Below the pieces are notes generated by a model that had not been told where the DNA came from, did no database searches, and saw only the letters and a list, made by a program, of their open reading frames with translations. Of a DNA stretch of 21,891 bases, positions 18,451 through 21,891 are shown piece after piece; position 1 is the first letter of the stretch, and each line of letters starts with the position of its first letter. Source of the stretch: Octopus sinensis (taxonomy: Eukaryota); assembly GCF_006345805.1 (NCBI RefSeq), contig NW_021836925.1, positions 1-21,891 on the forward strand, in the 5' to 3' direction. Both the position numbers and the translations under genes were made by a program.

Positions 18451-18559
18451 TTTTTACATTTCTACATCATAGAGTCTCGTGTTACGGCAACTTCTCTGCT
18501 GTATTTTTCCTACTACATTCCGGTGAGGTTTACTGCGTTGTGTTATTCTACATGCAAAC

Positions 18560-18771
18560 AAGGTACCGAACTGGGAGAACCGTTAGTACACCGGAGAAAA
18601 CGCTTAGTAGCATTTCGTTCGTTTTTATGTTCTGAGCCCAAATTCCGCGAGATCGACTTTGCAGTTCGTTCTCCAGGGATTGATGAAATAACTGATCAAA
18701 TATTCAGGTCGATATAATCGACTTCTGCCTCCCCTCAAAAACTGATGTCTTTGTGCCAGAATTTGAAATCC
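18560..18771 (+). mobile_element. Diverged SINE family A with perfect 14-bp TSD
   Basis: TTCTACATGCAAAC at 18546-18559 and 18772-18785; body collinear with family A. Confidence 0.85.
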
Positions 18772-18821
18772 TTCTACATGCAAACTTTACAGTGTTCCTA
18801 CGATAAGAAATTATATACATA

Positions 18822-19024
18822 CAAGCACACACACACACACAACACACACAACACACACACACACCCACACCTACGCAAACACACACACGCAAACACACAC
18901 ACACAAACACACACAAACACACGCAAACACACACACACACAATCACACACACAAACACACATAAACACACATAAACATCACACACAAAGCATTCACACAC
19001 AAACACACACGCGCGTGTGCACAC

Positions 19025-19070
<46 letters not shown>

Positions 19071-19105
19071 ACACGCAAAAGCATACACACACAAACACAC
19101 ACACG
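18822..19105. repeat. Imperfect (CA)n/(CAAA) microsatellite
   Basis: Directly visible. Confidence 0.92.
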
Positions 19106-19189
19106 TATGTATATTTACTGCGATCCCACGATAGATTACCTTTTACTAAACTTCAAATTTGTTGCCTGCATTTCAATGCCTCGTATAAA

Positions 19190-19765
19190 CACAGACATAA
19201 CAGAAGTAAATAGACACCCTTATAATCATTAACATTTATTTAAATCTGAAATTATACATTCAAATTATTCATTAATTATTATAGTGTGAATATCTAATAT
19301 TTAGTAGACAGACCCTTTTCATCTTCAATGCAAGCACCCGATTAGGCATCTTACTGATCAGATGACGAATATTCTCTTGCGGAATTTCTTGCCAAGTTTC
19401 AAGTGGTAATCTCAAAAGATCTGGCTTTGAAGATACTTTCTTGTCCTTTGTATGAATTTTCCTGTCCATTATGTTCCAGAGGCGTTCAATAGGGTTTATA
19501 TCTGGTGACTGGCTTGGCCACGGAAGCTTTTTAATGCCATTCTCACCCAACGAATCTCTGGTGAATTGTGCAATCACTCTATTAACGGCCTCTGTGAAAT
19601 TCAAACAGTTCCAAGGCTTCTTTTGTACATGACATGATTAAACAGTCATATATAGAACCTGAAACATAAAAATGTCAATTAATAAAATAATATAAACCTT
19701 TACAAGTTAGAAGAAACATAAAACGATGTTTTATGAGGTGTCTTTTTACTTCTCTCATGTGTGTG
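19190..19765 (-). mobile_element. Internally deleted Tc1-family DNA transposon (576 bp)
   Basis: 31-bp TIRs at 19190-19220 and 19735-19765 (25/31), with TA after the right TIR. It retains an N-terminal stub MSCTKEALELFEFHRGR* from ATG 19635, then the DDE C-terminus WPSQSPDINPIERLW...ETWQEIP...LISKMPNRV and a frameshifted KGLSTKY*. Confidence 0.9.
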
Positions 19766-19830
19766 TATATATATATATATGTGTGGTGTGTGTGTGTGTA
19801 TCTTACATGTATATGTACAGCAATCTGTAC

Positions 19831-20231
19831 TTTTTATTCTTTTATTCTTCTATTTGTTTCAGTCATTTGACTGCGGCCATGCTGGAGTACCGCCTTTAGT
19901 CGAACAAATTGACCCCAAGACTTATTCTTTGTAAGCCTAGTACTTATTCTATCGGTATCTTTTGCCGAACCGCTAAGTTACGGGGACGTAGACAGACCAG
20001 CATCGGTTGTCAAGCGATGGTGGTAGTGGTGGTGGTGGGGACAAGCACACGCACACACACACACACATATACGACGGGCTTCTTTCAGTTTCCGTCTACC
20101 AAATCCACTCACAAGGCTTTGGTCAGCCTGAGGCTATAGTAGAAAACACTTGCCCAAGGTGCCACGCAGTGGGACTGAATCCGGAACCATGTGGTTGGTA
20201 TGCAAGCTACTTACCACACAGCCACTCCTGC
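19831..20231 (-). mobile_element. SINE family C, full-length
   Basis: tRNA-like head (GGAGTGGCTGTGTGGTAAG...GGATTCAGTCCC), CCTTGGGCAAGTG core, internal (GT)n/(CCA)n, and a tail ending CAGCATGGCCGCAGTCAAATGACTGAAAC followed by A-rich GAATAAAA repeats. Confidence 0.9.
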
Positions 20232-20408
20232 AACTAAAAGATATTTATCACTGCCCAGTATTGTATATAATAATATAATGTTGAATTTTGTAGCAATGCA
20301 GTGGATGTAGGCATGTGAACAGAGCCATTGATTTACGGCTGAAGCAATCTCACTCTATTTACACCAGAATGTCACAAACGGATTATCCCACCCACTTTTG
20401 TTTTAAGT

Positions 20409-20573
20409 CATTCTTTTCTACTCTAGGCACAAGGCCCGAAATTTTTGGGGTGGGGGCCAGTCGACCAGATCGGCCTCAATACTCCACTGGTACTTAATTT
20501 ATTGACCCCGAAAGGATGAAAGGCAAAGTCGACCTCGGCGGAATTTGAGCTCAGAACGTAAAGACCGACGAAT
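20409..20573 (-). mobile_element. SINE family A, 5'-truncated
   Basis: TGACCCCGAAAGGATGAAAGGCAAAGTCGACCTCGGCGGAATTTGAGCTCAGAACGTA is nearly identical to 9080-9139. Confidence 0.85.
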
Positions 20574-20594
20574 TTATTACCGAGTTACAAGCAG

Positions 20595-20745
20595 CGTAGT
20601 GAAGGCGTGTGGTTTAGATGTTTGGGTGTTGTACTCAAAATGGGCGATGTATTGTTCTCTTGGGCAAAACACTTCCTTTCACATTTTTCCATTCGTCTCA
20701 GCTCTAAATAACTAACCCTGTGACCGACTGGCTTCTTGTTCAGTG
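20595..20745 (+). mobile_element. Highly decayed SINE-like remnant
   Basis: GGCGTGTGGTTTAG...TTGTTCTCTTGGGCAAAACACTT resembles the shared SINE core (TCCTTGAGCAAGACACT). Confidence 0.35.
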
Positions 20746-21249
20746 GAACTATAGTGATCTCTGTCACTTATACGCATTGGAAACCGGGTGACCAGCACTA
20801 TGAGACTTCTCGAGAATACTGTAGCGCACAGGTTAACATTGGAAATTAATTAATTCTGTGATACAGTGTTAACCCAATAGAAGCCACTTTATTGAAGCTT
20901 CTGACGTCGATGTTAAAATCAGGAAGTCGAAAATTTGATTTACCTTTACGGACAAATCTGAAAACTTACAAATGTCTAATTCGCAAGGAATATATGATTT
21001 ATATAACCATCCATCTGTTATACTTAATGTACATACACTTTTGATAGGCCAGTTACTGCAGTACGTGTCCTGAGATTACATTTATTATTGACCTGCAGTA
21101 TTAAAAACACAATTAATATCGCCTATCAACGGTGTATATATATTAATTATGATATATGAGGGATTATTTTAGTTTAATACTACCGCAATTGCGTATATCG
21201 GATATAGTATATAATATATTTACATAAAACCTTTTCTAAAAGAGAGATG

Positions 21250-21891
21250 TAGGCATGGGTGCGTGGCTAAGAAGTTCGCTACGTGTGGTTTCTGGTTCGG
21301 TCTCTCTGTGCGGTACCTTGGGCAAATGCTTTCTATCACAGAAGCGGGCCAAGCAATCCCTTGTGAGTGAATGTCATAAACGGGTAATGTGCAGACGCGG
21401 GTTGTGTGCGTTTTGTTGTGTGTATATATATATGTACAAATAAGAAAATGGAGGAACAAATTCATTTCAATCATAACTTACAGATATTACCATTTCATAT
21501 TATTTATTAACTATATAATAGAACATCAAAATCGAACAAAACAATATACATCAATATGCAAATTAATAATACCATAAGATTAATATAAATAATAGGTCCT
21601 TCAGCTTTGTTCAGTCAACCCGTAGATAAAAGTATCTCATTCTGCCATGAGTGGTTACCCTCATAACCCCTATCTTACTTATATGTACTATATATATATA
21701 TATATATATACATAGAGAAGACGTGTAAGCGTTGTTGTGGTTTTTGCGTTTTGTCTCCCAACCGATTGACAACTGGTATTGTTTGTTTACGTTCCGGTTC
21801 GAGTTGATTTAGTTTGGCAAAAGGGTCCGATAGAATAAGTACAAGACTTAAAAAAAATTGGCCTCTATTTATGACTAAAGCATTTAAGACA
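21250..21891 (+). mobile_element. Decayed SINE family C, split into head (21250-21420) and tail (21735-21891) by ~300 bp in its internal microsatellite
   Basis: Head has GGTACCTTGGGCAAATGCTTTCT...CCCTTGTGAGTGAAT; tail has TTGACAACTGGTATT...TTTACGT...GGCAAAAGGGTCCGATAGAATAAGTAC. Confidence 0.6.

Overview
AT-rich eukaryotic DNA made almost entirely of microsatellites, minisatellites and non-autonomous or decayed transposons. It reads as intronic or intergenic. The repeat types resemble those I recall from coleoid cephalopods (Octopus); this is an inference and was not database-checked. There is no rRNA, true tRNA, CRISPR array or confidently recognisable host gene. Supported elements: a CR1-group LINE 3' end, two Dong/R4-type LINE fragments, two Helitron-type elements, a hAT MITE, an internally deleted Tc1 element, and many copies of three main tRNA-derived SINE families (my labels A, B, C), several of them nested and with intact target-site duplications. 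The most interesting signal is a set of minimal type I hammerhead-ribozyme (HHR) motifs of the Penelope-associated kind, found in three unrelated non-coding repeats. One lies in an ~850-bp head-to-head palindrome of two tRNA-headed, HHR-tailed units, a candidate Pol III-driven, Penelope-mobilised SINE/retrozyme. Most listed ORFs are microsatellite artefacts; three non-repetitive candidates (two exons, one ORF) are flagged at low confidence.
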